Shown: positions 21,746 through 33,114 of the stretch, piece after piece
Layout of the letters: the number at the start of each line of letters is the position of its first letter
How positions within the stretch are numbered: position 1 is the stretch's first letter
Assembly (NCBI RefSeq): GCF_006345805.1
Contig: NW_021832904.1
Span: forward strand, 1-33,243
DNA: 33,243 nt
Direction: 5' to 3'
Source: Octopus sinensis
Lineage: Eukaryota
Program-made: the position numbers and the translations under genes
Notes under the pieces: model-generated
Told to the model about the DNA's origin: nothing
Databases searched by the model: none
What the model saw: the letters and a program-made list of their open reading frames with translations, nothing else

Positions 21746-22045
21746 GAGGCGCAATGGCCCAGTGGTTAGGGTAGCAGACTCGCAGTTGTAGAATTGCGGT
21801 TTCGATTCCCAGAACGGGCGTTGTGAGTGTTTATTTAGCGAAAACACCTAAAAGCTCCACAAGGCTCCGGCAGGGGGTGGTGGCGACCCCTGCTGTACTC
21901 TTTCACCACAACTTTCTCTCACTCTTTCTTCTGTTGGCCTGCTCGCTTAGCCAGCGGGGTGGCGTCATTTGAAGGTTAAAACAATGAAAGCGCATTGTGA
22001 CCAGCGATGTGTAGCAACATCTGATAGCCTAGATTGTCACGGGGA
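21746..22045 (+). mobile_element. SINE with family-B head and body but a different 3' tail
   Basis: First ~180 nt match the reverse complement of 13215-13401 (through ACTTTCTCTCACTCTT), then diverge into CTGTTGGCCTGCTCGCTTAGCC... Confidence 0.8.
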
Positions 22046-22466
22046 TATATATACATACATGTCAGTGTGTGTGTATATCTTTGTGTTTGTCCTCTGCCAC
22101 CACTTGCTTGACAACCGGTGATAGTTTGTTTTTGTCCTTGTAACTTAGCAGTTTGGCATAAGAAAGCAACAGATTTAAGTACCACACTTTAAAAGAAGTA
22201 CAAAGGTTGATTTGTTTGACTAAAATCCCTTCAAGGGAGTGCCCCAGCATGGCCACAGATACATATGACAGGCTTCCCTACAGTCTCCATCAACCACATC
22301 CACTCACAAGACATGGTAGTAGTAGCAGTAGGAGGCCTGAAGCTATAGGGGGAGACACTTGCCCTAAGTGCCTCACACTGCCACCCAACCACCCGCAACC
22401 ATACATCCAGGCTTCACAGTTGCTATGTTTTCTTTTCGTGTTTCCACCATGACCACCACTACCTAC

Positions 22467-22679
22467 CTGCAGGTTTCAGACACTTCACAGCAGAACAGTC
22501 GTCTTCTTCTTCCTCCTCATCTGCCTCGTCTCCACTCAACGAGGCACTCTTCTTACTCTGTTTCACTCGACCAGACGGTTTCTTCTCCCGAGCACCACCA
22601 GAGATCTTCATCCTCTTCTGGCTCTTCTCCTCCTTCTTCATTTTGCTTTCGTTCACAGAGTTCATCTCTTTACATTTAT
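22467..22679 (-). CDS. KDM5: KDM5 coding exon, linker and first Cys pair of PHD3
   Basis: Acceptor TTTGTTGTAG|AT, donor GCAG|GTAGGT; 213 nt, phase 1/1; ends DEEEEEDDCSAVKCLKPA. Confidence 0.9.
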
Positions 22680-23344
22680 CTACAACAAACAAACAAACAT
22701 CACTGGCACAGATGGAATATCTGGGGCCTGGCGTGGGGACTCGTTTTATGCTACACTAGCACTATGTCCCAGCAACGCAGGGTCATAGTGCATGCATATA
22801 CAGCTGCGTGCGTGCGCACATACATGCGAGTATTGTCCACATCTCTGACCAATCACATACAGCTAGCTGGCATTCAATTTGGCTTATCAAGTTTTGGGCA
22901 TTTTGATTGGGTTTTGGACAGAAAATTCACAAAAAAGTCACTTCTATTGATTTTTTAATGGCTTTGTGGGGTGACTGGGGAAATGTAAGGATGTGCACGA
23001 CCACCTTTGGACGGTTTTGAATGACCACAGAAAGTGCGAGCCCTCTAACTGAAAAATTGTGGATTTGTATAAAGAACACACACAGATATTTTGCCATTTA
23101 TATCTATAGAGATGATGACTCCAGCCCTGGGCTAAATCAATGAATACCAGCCTCATAATCGTCATTATTTCACATGCATGTCTTCTCAAGTTGAGCAGTG
23201 CACCACACATCTTGGACCTCCATTGCAAAATGTTAGTGACAAAAGCAAAGACAAGAAACTGCATTTGTGCAAAATAAAAAGCATATTTTTCAAGACATCA
23301 CCACCTCAAACACTAGCATGGATTCTCGAAATTCTTAAATTATA

Positions 23345-23915
23345 TTTCTTTCTTTATTGCCCACAGGGGGCTAAACATAGAGGGGGCAAACAAGGACAGA
23401 CAAACGGATTAAGTCGATTATATCGACCCCAGTGCATAACTGGTACTTATTTAATTGACACCGAGAGGATGAAAGGCAAAGTCGACCTCGGCGGAATTTG
23501 AACTTCAGAACCTAATGGTAGACAAAATACCTATTTCTTTACTACCCACGAGGGGCTAAACACAGAGAGGACAAACAAGGACAGACAAATGGATTAAGTC
23601 GATTACATCGACCCCAGTGCGTAACTGATACTTAATTTATCGACCCCGAGAGGATGAAAGGCAAAGTCGACCTCGGTGGAATTTGAACTTCAGAACCTAA
23701 CGGCAGACAAAATACCTATTTCTTTACTACCCAGAAGGGGCTAAACACAGAGAGGACAAACAAGGACAGACAAACAGATTAAGTCGATTATATCAACCCC
23801 GAAAGGATGAAAGGCAAAGTCGACCTCAGCGGAATTTGAACTCAGAACGTAGCGGTGGACGAAATACCGCTAAACATTTCGCTCGGCATGCTAATGATTC
23901 TGCCAGCTCACCGCC
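23345..23915 (-). mobile_element. SINE family A, head-to-tail trimer
   Basis: Junctions GACAAAATAC|CTATTTC at about 23530 and 23715; one full head at 23865-23915. Confidence 0.85.
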
Positions 23916-24258
23916 CTCTTAATTCTATTTTTAGAAACTTGGGGGCATTGCCAGGCACACCATATATGGCACTAACACAGGCCACATGTGCCTGCCGGGC
24001 ATGAAACTGGGCAAACTACATGGTGCATCTCAACATACCATGCCACACCAAAATACATGTGACACACACTGCGCAGCACCATATGCATAGTGCAGCACAG
24101 ACACAAGTTTACACGCCAAACCCCAGACACGCCTGTCAATCCTTACAACATTTGGTAAGCCTTATAACAGATCCCCTAACCCCTAGTAAACCACCTCCCT
24201 TCTTCACCAGAACTGGTTTAAAAAAAAAGGGGGTGGGTCTGCAAATTAAATCACTTAC

Positions 24259-24490
24259 TTTTCTCTTTCAATTTCAGATCTTTGTCCTTCACAACAAGTT
24301 TTTTCCTTGGTTTTGATGAAGGGCTGTTCTCGTCTTTACTCCTCTTGCTTTTCGTCTCGCAATTCTCAGACTCCTCCTCTTTCTTCTTCCTTTTCTTCTT
24401 CACTTTCTCCTTCTCCTCTTCTTTCTCTTTGCCCTTTGCCGGAACTTTCTCCGGTTTCTCTTTCATCGGAATTCTCTCCGTTGTCAACTC
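24259..24490 (-). CDS. KDM5: KDM5 coding exon, Lys/Glu-rich linker
   Basis: Acceptor GACTTCCAG|GAG, donor A|GTAAGT; 232 nt, phase 0/1 fits both neighbours; K/E-rich like the KDM5A linker before PHD3. Confidence 0.82.
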
Positions 24491-25116
24491 CTGGAAGTCC
24501 GCAACAGGAGAGAGGCAACGAGAAAAACACTTCAGTTTGTGACAAAAAGTAGCAAGCGTGTTAACGGGAACGGGGGTTGTGGTAGGGACAGACAGGCAGG
24601 CAGACTGATAGAGTAGGGGTCAGTTGGTTTGGGCACAAACAGACAAAAAGGAGGACAGTGTAAGAGACAGCTGAGGGCTAGAGAGAGTTTAACAGGTTGG
24701 CTCCCACATGACGGGCCAGTGGGTCCTGGTTGTATGTTAGGGAGTCCCTCCCGACCCACTAGAGGGGGATTTTTTCCCCATTTCTTTCCTATGGGATTTC
24801 TGAGAGGTATAGAATAGGAGAAAAAATATTATGCTGTTCGTGTCGAAATTAATTAAGATTGGGACCCTGGGGGATAAAATGTAAAATGAAGCTTGATAGC
24901 CAATGTGTTAACAGAGTTTGAGGGAGGGGGCAGACAAAAAGAGGAGGAGGTGGGTTTACAAGGTATAGGGAGATAAACAGTCTAATAAAGTATTAGAGGA
25001 GAGAGAGTACGGAGGGAGTCTCATATTGAAGTACAGAGGGATTAATAGTCGAATTAGAGTACAATAACAGCTATACTGGCATCGTACAAAAAGGGAGCCT
25101 GCAGTGATAAAAAGGA

Positions 25117-25440
25117 TACATTAGATAATGTACTCCTAGATACACTATGCCTGAAAATGGGATGGTCACAGCTGGAACGTCTTTGATCATAGGTCTGTCT
25201 GGATCAAGACTGATTGGGGCTAAACAACAGCTATAGCCACTAATACTAGCTCCTATACTGTACATTAGATAATGTACTCCTAGATACACCATGCCTGAAT
25301 AAAAGATGGGATGGTCACAGCTGGAACGTCTTTGATCATAGGTCTGTCTGGATCAAGACTGACCTGGGGCTAAACAACAGCTATAGCCACTAATACTAGC
25401 TCCTCTACTGTACATTAGAAAATGGAGTCCTAGATACACT
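25117..25440. repeat. 144-150 bp tandem duplication, about 2.2 copies
   Basis: TACATTAGATAATGTACTCCTAGATACAC... starts at 25117, 25261, 25411. Confidence 0.9.
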
Positions 25441-25566
25441 GTGAATACACATTGCTTAGATGAGGACTGATTGCTAAAAACATAGAGAAACGAAGGGGAA
25501 GCGGAGGTGAACGAGAGGGGTGGTGGACGAGAGGGGGGACGGGAGGGGGGGAGGTTGAGCACGTAC

Positions 25567-25781
25567 CTCGAATTCCATGTATTTATCTTCGTTTGTTGTC
25601 TGACATGCGACCAAGATGCGCCTGATGTGCTGGGTCTCGTCCAGTGAGACCTCCAGAAGGTCCCCGTCCATCATCAACTCCTCCAGCTGCACCTGTGCTG
25701 CGGCAGACAGTTCGAGGATGGGCGACTCCAGTAGACGGGGAATGAGAGGGGACTTGCGCTGGTGTTTCCGCGGAGATACAG
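25567..25781 (-). CDS. KDM5: KDM5 coding exon ([11 protein letters not shown]...[14 protein letters not shown])
   Basis: Tandem acceptor AAG/CAG, donor GAG|GTACGT; 215 nt, phase 1/0; [39 protein letters not shown] is a KDM5 signature. Confidence 0.92.
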
Positions 25782-25854
25782 CTGCTTGCAAGACAGGGAA
25801 AGAAACGTGCATTAATTAACCCCCCTTTTAACGTTCAAATTATTTTGCATGAAA

Positions 25855-26145
25855 GAGGGGGAGAGAGAGTGAGAGAGGGAAGGAGAGGGAGCGAGAGAGA
25901 GAGAGAGGGAGAGAGAGTGAGTGAGAGAGTGAGTGAGAGTGAGAGAGGGAGTGAGAGAGGGAGAGAGAGGGGGAGAGGGGGAGAGAGGGAGAGAGAGAGA
26001 GGGGGGAGATAGGGAAGGAGGGGGAGAGGGAGAGAGAGAAAGAGAGAGGGAGAGAGTGAGAGAGAGTGAGGGAGAGAGAGAGTGAGTGAGAGAGAGAGTG
26101 AGAGAGAGAGAGAGTGAAAGAGAGAGAGAGGGAGAGAGAAAGAGA

Positions 26146-26178
<33 letters not shown>

Positions 26179-26215
26179 TGAAGGAGAGAGGGGGAGAGAG
26201 AGAGAGTGAGAGAGA
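25855..26215. repeat. (GA)n polypurine microsatellite
   Basis: Direct reading. Confidence 0.95.
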
Positions 26216-26634
26216 ATTTCTTTATTCACCAAAAGGTTGAGAAAAAGAGGGGACAAAACAAACGTTGGGGTCAGGGTATCGAATGAGACGAAACGTATGA
26301 ATAAACAAACAATTAAAATATATCCAATTAAATGATTAATGAGTGATTAACAAGAAATGAAGCGGAGGACGCGGTTGGCCCCACAAACCACAGACTCACA
26401 CGGAAGACCTTGCTCTCCCCTTTTTTACATCCTCGTTTAAACAGGTCCTTTCACTCGCAACATACTTGCTATAGACTTCCATCTTTTACGAAACACACTT
26501 TGCCACAGGCATTTCTTCTCCAGCCTTATTTTCCGTTTCTTGTGGAAAACGGAAAAGTGGATTAGCCCGAGACTGGAGATGGACATGCCTGTTGCGATTC
26601 CTCTCACCCTCGTCTTCCATACTACCTCCTTAGC

Positions 26635-26920
26635 AACAGCTTGAGAGGCGGTCGGATGGAACCTACACTCGCCTCCTTATGAGAGCTCAAAATCCCTCGT
26701 GGAGGCGCCATCCAACCAAAATGCAAATATATGGGAAACTACCACCTGTGTCATCTCTTGTGAAAGGTAGGAGAGTCCAGTTTGCTGGACATTGTTGTAG
26801 AGCTGAAAACAAGGTAATTTCTACTCTTCTCCTCTGGAAGTCATCTACTCGCGATACCAGAGGGCGCACACTCTCCTACCCTGATGTACACGGTCGAACA
26901 ATGATGATGATGATGATGAT
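26635..26920 (+). mobile_element. RTE-type LINE 3' fragment with (ATG)n tail
   Basis: DGTYTRLLMRAQNPSWRRHPTKMQIYGKLPPVSSLVKGRRVQFAGHC...LLLW; the RR...AGH..R pattern is typical of RTE C-termini. Confidence 0.8.
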
Positions 26921-27128
26921 AGCAACCGCAGCTTCCGAGAGAAAGCAGGCTCACTCCTCCCAATCCAGGGAGGTTGGTGGAACGATCTTAATTACAGATT
27001 CGCTCGACAGTTGTACTCTTCTGGAATACAACGGCAGGTGTTCGACATAAGCCCAGAGCTCAGTGACCTTGGGGCCTTGCAGAATCTAGAGAGAAAGACA
27101 GACAGACAGACAGAAGTAATATACTCAC

Positions 27129-27887
27129 AAGACGTCTTGGAGACTGAAGAGTATGTGTGTTCGGATGTCATGCCGAGGTTATTACTGTTATTGTTGTTGT
27201 TGTTATGTCCATTGAGCCGTAGGAGGTGGTGGTCAGATAGGGAAAGCTGTGCACCACCACCGCCAGCAGCTGCAGCAGCAGGGTCCAGCGTTGTGCAGCA
27301 TCCATCGTCGACACTTTGCTGCGAGACGGGTGAGAGCTGGCCGGAGGGGTTGCTGTCAGTGTTGTCCAATGTGAAGGGGGTGGCAGCGGATGTGGTGGTG
27401 GTGGTGCTGGTGGTAGTGGTGGTGGTGGTGGAGGCAGTGAGATCCCTAAGAGAAGGGTGCAGGCCGCTGAAAGCGCTTTGTGTGACAGTGGCCAGGTGGC
27501 TCTGCAGTTCTGGATTGTTTGCGGGCTTCAGCAGCTCTGCATTGATAATCTTCTCGGTTTTCTCACGGGCAGCCTGCTCCACCATGCGTTGGCTAAGAAG
27601 GCTAAGCTTGGCAAGGGCGGCAGCCAACTCGGGCGTGGCTAAGCAGTTGCGTGCCTTATCCTGCCATGCCATCGCTCGCTCGGTGAGGCACTGCAGAGCC
27701 TCGCCCTCGGCCAGCCGGACAGGCAGCTTCTGAAGCGAGACTAGCAGGGAGAGGATGGTTTCCAGTCTCGGACGTCTCGAACTCAAGCAGAGCGGACAGA
27801 GAAATTTGAGGTCCCGCACAGTTTGCATTTGGACAGCTTGGTTCACTCTCTTGATGTTGGCCGCTTTTGGTAGGGGAACACAAGATC
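27129..27887 (-). CDS. KDM5: KDM5 coding exon, C-terminal half of PHD2 and following helical region
   Basis: Acceptor TTTGTTTCAG|GA, donor T|GTGAGT; 759 nt, phase 1/1; GSCVPLPK...[49 protein letters not shown]...[12 protein letters not shown]...EHTYSS, near-identical to KDM5A as recalled. Confidence 0.95.
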
Positions 27888-28048
27888 CTGAAACAAACAA
27901 AAAAAAAAAACACAAATAACAACAACAACAACAACAACACAGAGGTGGAGAACGGGATGTGGTTGCAATCTGCCCAAAACTATCAAACGCTGAAGAATAA
28001 TAAATGCCCTGATGCAGTACAAAGCCCTCGCTCCCATCACGTCTGATC

Positions 28049-28268
28049 TTAACCCTTTCGTTACTGTATTTATTTTGTGATGTTCTGTGTTTCTTTCAAT
28101 TAATTTTAAATTTAACAAAGAATTTAATAATTTATAATTAAGCTGGTGTTAGGAACATAAATTGTGACTAAGGTTTGGTGGAAGATTTTAATTCAGAACT
28201 TATGAAAACAAGACATTTGTACTCAGGGCCAGAACAGGTTTCAGCCAGGTTGGTATCAAAAGGGTAAA
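28049..28268. mobile_element. piggyBac-type MITE, copy 1
   Basis: TTAA|CCCTTT...AAAGGG|TAAA (right TTAA mutated). Confidence 0.75.
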
Positions 28269-28345
28269 TTTGCAGATTTTGTTACACTTGTTAGAAATAG
28301 CAGCCAAATCTTGTGCAAATTGAAGGCACATTTGACTGACTGTCT

Positions 28346-28566
28346 TTAACCCTTTTGTTACCATATTTCTGTTGAGATGTTCTGTGTTTCTTTCAATTAA
28401 TTTTAAATATAACCAAGAATTTAATAATTTATCATTAAGCTGGTGTTAGGAACATAAATTGTGACTAAGGTTTGGTGGAAGATTTTAATTCAGAACTTAT
28501 GAAAACAAGACATTTGTATTATGGAGCCAGAGCCAGTTTCAGCCGAGTTAGTAATGAAAGGGTTAA
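28346..28566. mobile_element. piggyBac-type MITE, copy 2
   Basis: TTAA|CCCTTT...AAAGGG|TTAA, colinear with copy 1. Confidence 0.8.
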
Positions 28567-29216
28567 TTGATTGGAAGTGTTATCATGTATATTGTTTTAT
28601 CTTGGTATAAAAGATGGGCTACAGCAAATATTCTGCTCAATACCACAGATTTGCTTGTCAGTTGTTTGACCTTAACCAGTTGAGCATGTCCCTTGGGGGC
28701 TGACGATATGTGCATCTCTGATCACGAGCAGAAGTAGTGGGGGCACATCATAGCCATGTGTTGAGAGGAATCCCTTGGGGTGTGACTAATTCACCTTTGG
28801 AAACACACGAGTGTTTCGTTCAACACCCTTAAACAACCCTTATTCAGGAAGTTCTTCAGTGGGATGGGCTACTCAAACTGAAGAAAATTCTAACTGGGGC
28901 TCCAACTACAAGGCCATGTGCTGTTTATCTTCATATCGGATCACTATGTTGCTCACTTGCGATGCATGAGCCTGGTGTACCCTTGTCATAGGAGGGGTGG
29001 TGGTCATGAATGGGTATACTGGGCTTCAGTTCATTTAATAAAGCCACTACAGCTGGCTGTTTTAAGACAAATAAATAAACAACAGAGCCTCATCTTTGAA
29101 ATGTGAACCTAGAGATATGGTTGCTATTTCTAGCAGAATGCACAGTTACATCGAAGAATGGCTATATAATAAAGTAGTAGTGAAAGTAAATGTGGTGGTT
29201 GTGGTTTCAAACTCAC

Positions 29217-29391
29217 CGTGGAACGAGTCTTTGCACAATTCACACTGCAACATCAACCCAGACGCAGATTTACGACACATGCAGTACTTGATGTCTCCAC
29301 CGTCCGAATTGTGGATCTTCTCCAAATTGATGCTGCGAAGTTCCTTCATTGCCTCGATCTCTCTTTGTTCAGCCAACTTGAAGGCAGCAAC
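29217..29391 (-). CDS. KDM5: KDM5 coding exon, N-terminal half of PHD2
   Basis: Acceptor CCCCCAG|GTT, donor CACG|GTGAGT; 175 nt, phase 0/1; [25 protein letters not shown]...[23 protein letters not shown]. Confidence 0.93.
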
Positions 29392-29434
29392 CTGGGGGTG
29401 GACGTGAAGTAGAACAAGGCAGCGGTTAGAAAAG

Positions 29435-30615
29435 ATGCAAAGTCGACCTCGGCACCATTTGAACTCACAATGTACAGACACATGAAATACGGTGAAGCGT
29501 TTTGCCTGGCATGCTAACAATTCTGACAGCTCAATGCCATAATTATACAAAATACTAATATTAATAATAATAATCCTTTCTACTGAAGGCACAAAAGAGG
29601 GGACTACTCGATTACACTGACCCCAGTGGAATTTGAACTCAGAACATTAAGACAGACGAAATACCTATTTCTTTACTACCCACGAGGGGCTAAACATAGA
29701 GGGGACAAACAAGGACAGACAAACGGATTAAGTCGATTATATCGACCCCAGTGCGTAACTGGTACTTAATTTATTGACCCTGAAAGGATGAAAGGCAAAG
29801 TTGATCTTGGCAGGATTTGAACTCAGCATTTCATCCAGCATACTAACAATTCCGCCAGCTTACCACCTGATTATTATTATCATTATTATTATAATTACAA
29901 TCCTCTCCACTAAAGGCAGAAGACCTGCCATTTGGAGGGAGTGGGGAAATCAATCACATCGATCCCTTCCCAGTGTTTCACTGGTGCTTAATTTATTGAC
30001 CCCCAAAAGAACGAAAGGTGAAGTCAACCACAGACCATGCAGGCGGACAAAATACCAAGAAGCATTTGGCCCAGCGAGCTAACAAACATGCCAGTTCTCT
30101 GCCATGGTAGTAATCCTTTCTACTATAGGCACAAGGCCTGAGATTTGGGGGGGCAGGGATTAGCTGATTACACTGACACCCCCCCCTCAGTTCAACTGGT
30201 ATTAATTTTATCGACTCCGAAAAGATGAAAGGTAAAGTCAACCTTGGCAGAATTTGAGCTCAGGAAGTAGGGAGGGGTGAAATACCACTAGGCATTTCAT
30301 TCAGTGCACTCTAACGATTCTGCCAGCTCACTGCCTTAATAATAATAATAACAACAATAATAATGATAATAACAATAATAATAACAATAGTAATAGTAAT
30401 AATAATAACCCTTTCTTCTAAAGGCACAAGGCCTGAAATTTGAGGGGAGGAGACTAGTCAATTACAATGACCCCCAGTGTTTCACTGGTAATTAATTTAT
30501 TGACCCCGAAAAGATGAAAGCCAAAGTCGACGTCGGTGGAATTTGAACTCAGAACTTGAAGACGGACAAAATACTGCCAATCATTTTGCCCGGCATGCTA
30601 ACTGTTCTGCCAGCA
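29435..30615 (-). mobile_element. Cluster of 5-6 diverged family-A SINE copies, same orientation
   Basis: Repeated GACCCC..AAGGATGAAAGGCAAAGTCGACC...ATTTGAACTCAG blocks separated by (AAT)n tails; same fixed junction at about 29664. Confidence 0.75.
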
Positions 30616-30650
30616 ATAATAACAATAATAATAATAATGTTCCTACTCAC

Positions 30651-30797
30651 AATACTCGCTGGATCTCTCTGTTCCTCAATTCTGAAGTCCAAAATGCTAT
30701 TTTCACTCTCCTTCCGTTCCCGTTCCCCATCCTTGAGTTTCTTCCGCTTTGCCTTGTTGTTGTTATACACACCAATGTCTGTCCTAGGGGACAACAC
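30651..30797 (-). CDS. KDM5: KDM5 coding exon (VLSPRTDIGVY...RDPASI)
   Basis: Acceptor CCCATTGCAG|GTG, donor ATT|GTGAGT; 147 nt, phase 0/0; VLSPRTDIGVY directly continues TLLD as in KDM5A (TLLQVLSPRTDIGVY). Confidence 0.93.
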
Positions 30798-31292
30798 CTG
30801 CAATGGGATACAAATATAAGTAGAGAGAGAGGGAAGGGTTGTAGGAATTTTAGGGTTCAAGAGAATGGTGGATGGAAGGGTGGCAGCAGTGGGAAACAAG
30901 AAGACCCTTTATGACAGTCAGAAATACAGACATGAAGGCCCTTTAGTTGAGCAGGGGATCGTTTTTTTTATTTACAACATGTTCCTTCAATTGCAAAAAA
31001 ACCCTCCTTACATGACAGACGCTGAAGAAATTGCAACATATGAAGTAACAGGAAATTACCAGCTGCCGTAACTGGTGATGGGGGTGTCTAAAGAACCTGA
31101 GGGAATCAGCAGGGGTTAACCAACAGGTAGAGGGATCACTTACCATAAATACTATACAGGGGAATACACGCACCACATTCTGTCTACAGAAATTCATTCC
31201 CAAGAGCAAGGCCCACCAAAACACACTGATTGAGGAAGTGTACCCTAAAGGGATAAGGGGCTGGGGGACCTCATAATGATGCTAAATTTGTA

Positions 31293-32500
31293 TCAGGCTG
31301 AGTAAAAAAAAGTAAGCAGCATTTTGAAACATGAAATCCATCCCAATATATTTGAACAATGAGGAAGATTTCATTCATCAAAGTAATTACCATTATACAA
31401 TCAAGAGATTTTTGCCAACGAGTTCTAAGTTTGTTTCTTCTGATAACATAAAAAGCTGGAGTTCTGGAGCTGATGAAACTCTTTGAATGCACTTTCAGCA
31501 TCAGTTTGATTTTTGAACTCCTTCTCTCGCAGGAAAAATCAAGGTGCTTGAAATAGTGGTAGTCAGTAGGAGAAAGGTCTGGGGAAGAACTTAGTAGCCA
31601 GGATCCCTCAACTTCTGGAGTGCCATTAGTGAAACGTGTGGTCGAACATTGTCATCAAGTATGATTGGGCCTATTCTGTTGACCAGTCTGGGATGGAGGA
31701 GTTTGACCAGTCTGTGATGGAGGAGTAGTAGTTTTTCGTTCAATTTGTTAATTTCATGGCAATATATTTCTGCAGTAATGGTTGTACCGGGTTTTCAGAA
31801 GTTATAGTGGATGAGTCCAGCAATACACAACCCCATAACCTTCTTTTTAAAGAACTCGGGTTTAGGGAAGGTTTTTGGTGCTTCATTTTGGTCCAACCAC
31901 TGTGAAGAATGCTTTTTATTATTGTACACTTTTCACCACAAATTTCATATCTGCACATTTTCTGATTTTCATTCAAATCGTGTGGTACCCATCTGTCGAG
32001 CTTTTTAATTTTCCGATTGCATGCAAATGGTTGCAGGAAGTTTTCTGGATAACTTGAAGTTCTTTTGCCAGTTCTTGGGTGGGTGGATCTTTCTCCATAA
32101 ACGGTCTTTAACTGACGGTCATCGATGACAGATGGGTGTCCACTACTCTCAGGTCTCCACAGCAAAATCATTTAAACCATTTTCGAGCTGACCACTCACT
32201 GGTCATTTCCTCACCAAACAGTTCGCTGATATCAGGAGCAGTTTCAGCTGTTTTACGTCCCTTTTTGAATTTGAATAGCAAAACTGGTCGAATATCACAC
32301 TTTTGACAGTTCCATTTCAAATTATTGTAACAGCGGTGAAAAAAAATATCAATGTTAATTTATTGATGCATTTGGGCAAGTCTTTGTCTGTATTATTAGA
32401 CAATTGCAAAAAAACAGGTTGAAAGAAAAAAATCTAAAACCCTGCAAAAATCCTGTAGAAATTCTTCATGGTTCAAAACGTTACTTTTTACTCAACCTGA
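31293..32500 (-). mobile_element. Degraded mariner transposon, about 1.2 kb, both TIRs present
   Basis: TIRs TA|TCAGGCTGAGTAAAAAAAAGTAAG and TTACTTTTTACTCAACCTGA|TG; transposase remnants KFKKGRKTAETA, WVPHDL, WLDQNEAP, DDNVRPH, RWQK; stops, frameshifts and an apparent deletion joining RYEIC to the (C)DEK(W) region. Confidence 0.9.
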
Positions 32501-32580
32501 TGGTTTATTTAGAAATAAATAATAATCAATAAATATATTTTTATATGAAGACGCCTTAGAAATAAAAATGATATTAGGAG

Positions 32581-32968
32581 GAGGAAGCACTCCGTCGGTT
32601 ACGACGACGAGGGTTCCGGTTGATCCGAATCAACGGAACAGCCTGCTCGTGAAATTAACGTGTAAGTGGCTGAGTACTCCACAGACACGTGTACCCTTAA
32701 CGTAGTTCTCGGGGATATTCAGCGTAACACAGAGAGTGACAAGGCCGGCCCTTTGAAGTACAGGTACAACAGAAACAGGAAGTAAGAGTGAGAGAAAGTT
32801 GTGGTGAAAGAGTACAGCAGGGATCACCACCACCCCCTGCCGGAGCCTCGTGGAGCTTTTTAGGTGTTTTCGCTCAATAAACACTCACAACGCCCGGTCT
32901 GGTAATCGAAACCGCGATCCTCCGACCGCGAGTCCGCTTCCCTAACCACTGGGCCATTGCGCCTCCAC
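32581..32968 (-). mobile_element. SINE family B with 17-bp TSD (1 mismatch)
   Basis: Closely similar to 13016-13401; TSD AAAAAT(G/A)ATATTAGGAG at 32564-32580 and 32969-32985. Confidence 0.9.
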
Positions 32969-33114
32969 AAAAATAATATTAGGAGCTGTATTAATTACAA
33001 TGATAATCATGATGATGGCGGGGGTGGGGGAACAGTGACAAAAAAAAAAAGAAGTCAAAGAAAATTATCAAACACCAAACATGCAAAAAAAATAAATATA
33101 TAAAGGCCCCTTAC

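Noticed and set aside
30930-31290. Weak Tx1/L1-like RT hint (TYEVTG)
   Set aside because: A single short motif among many stops; not supportable.
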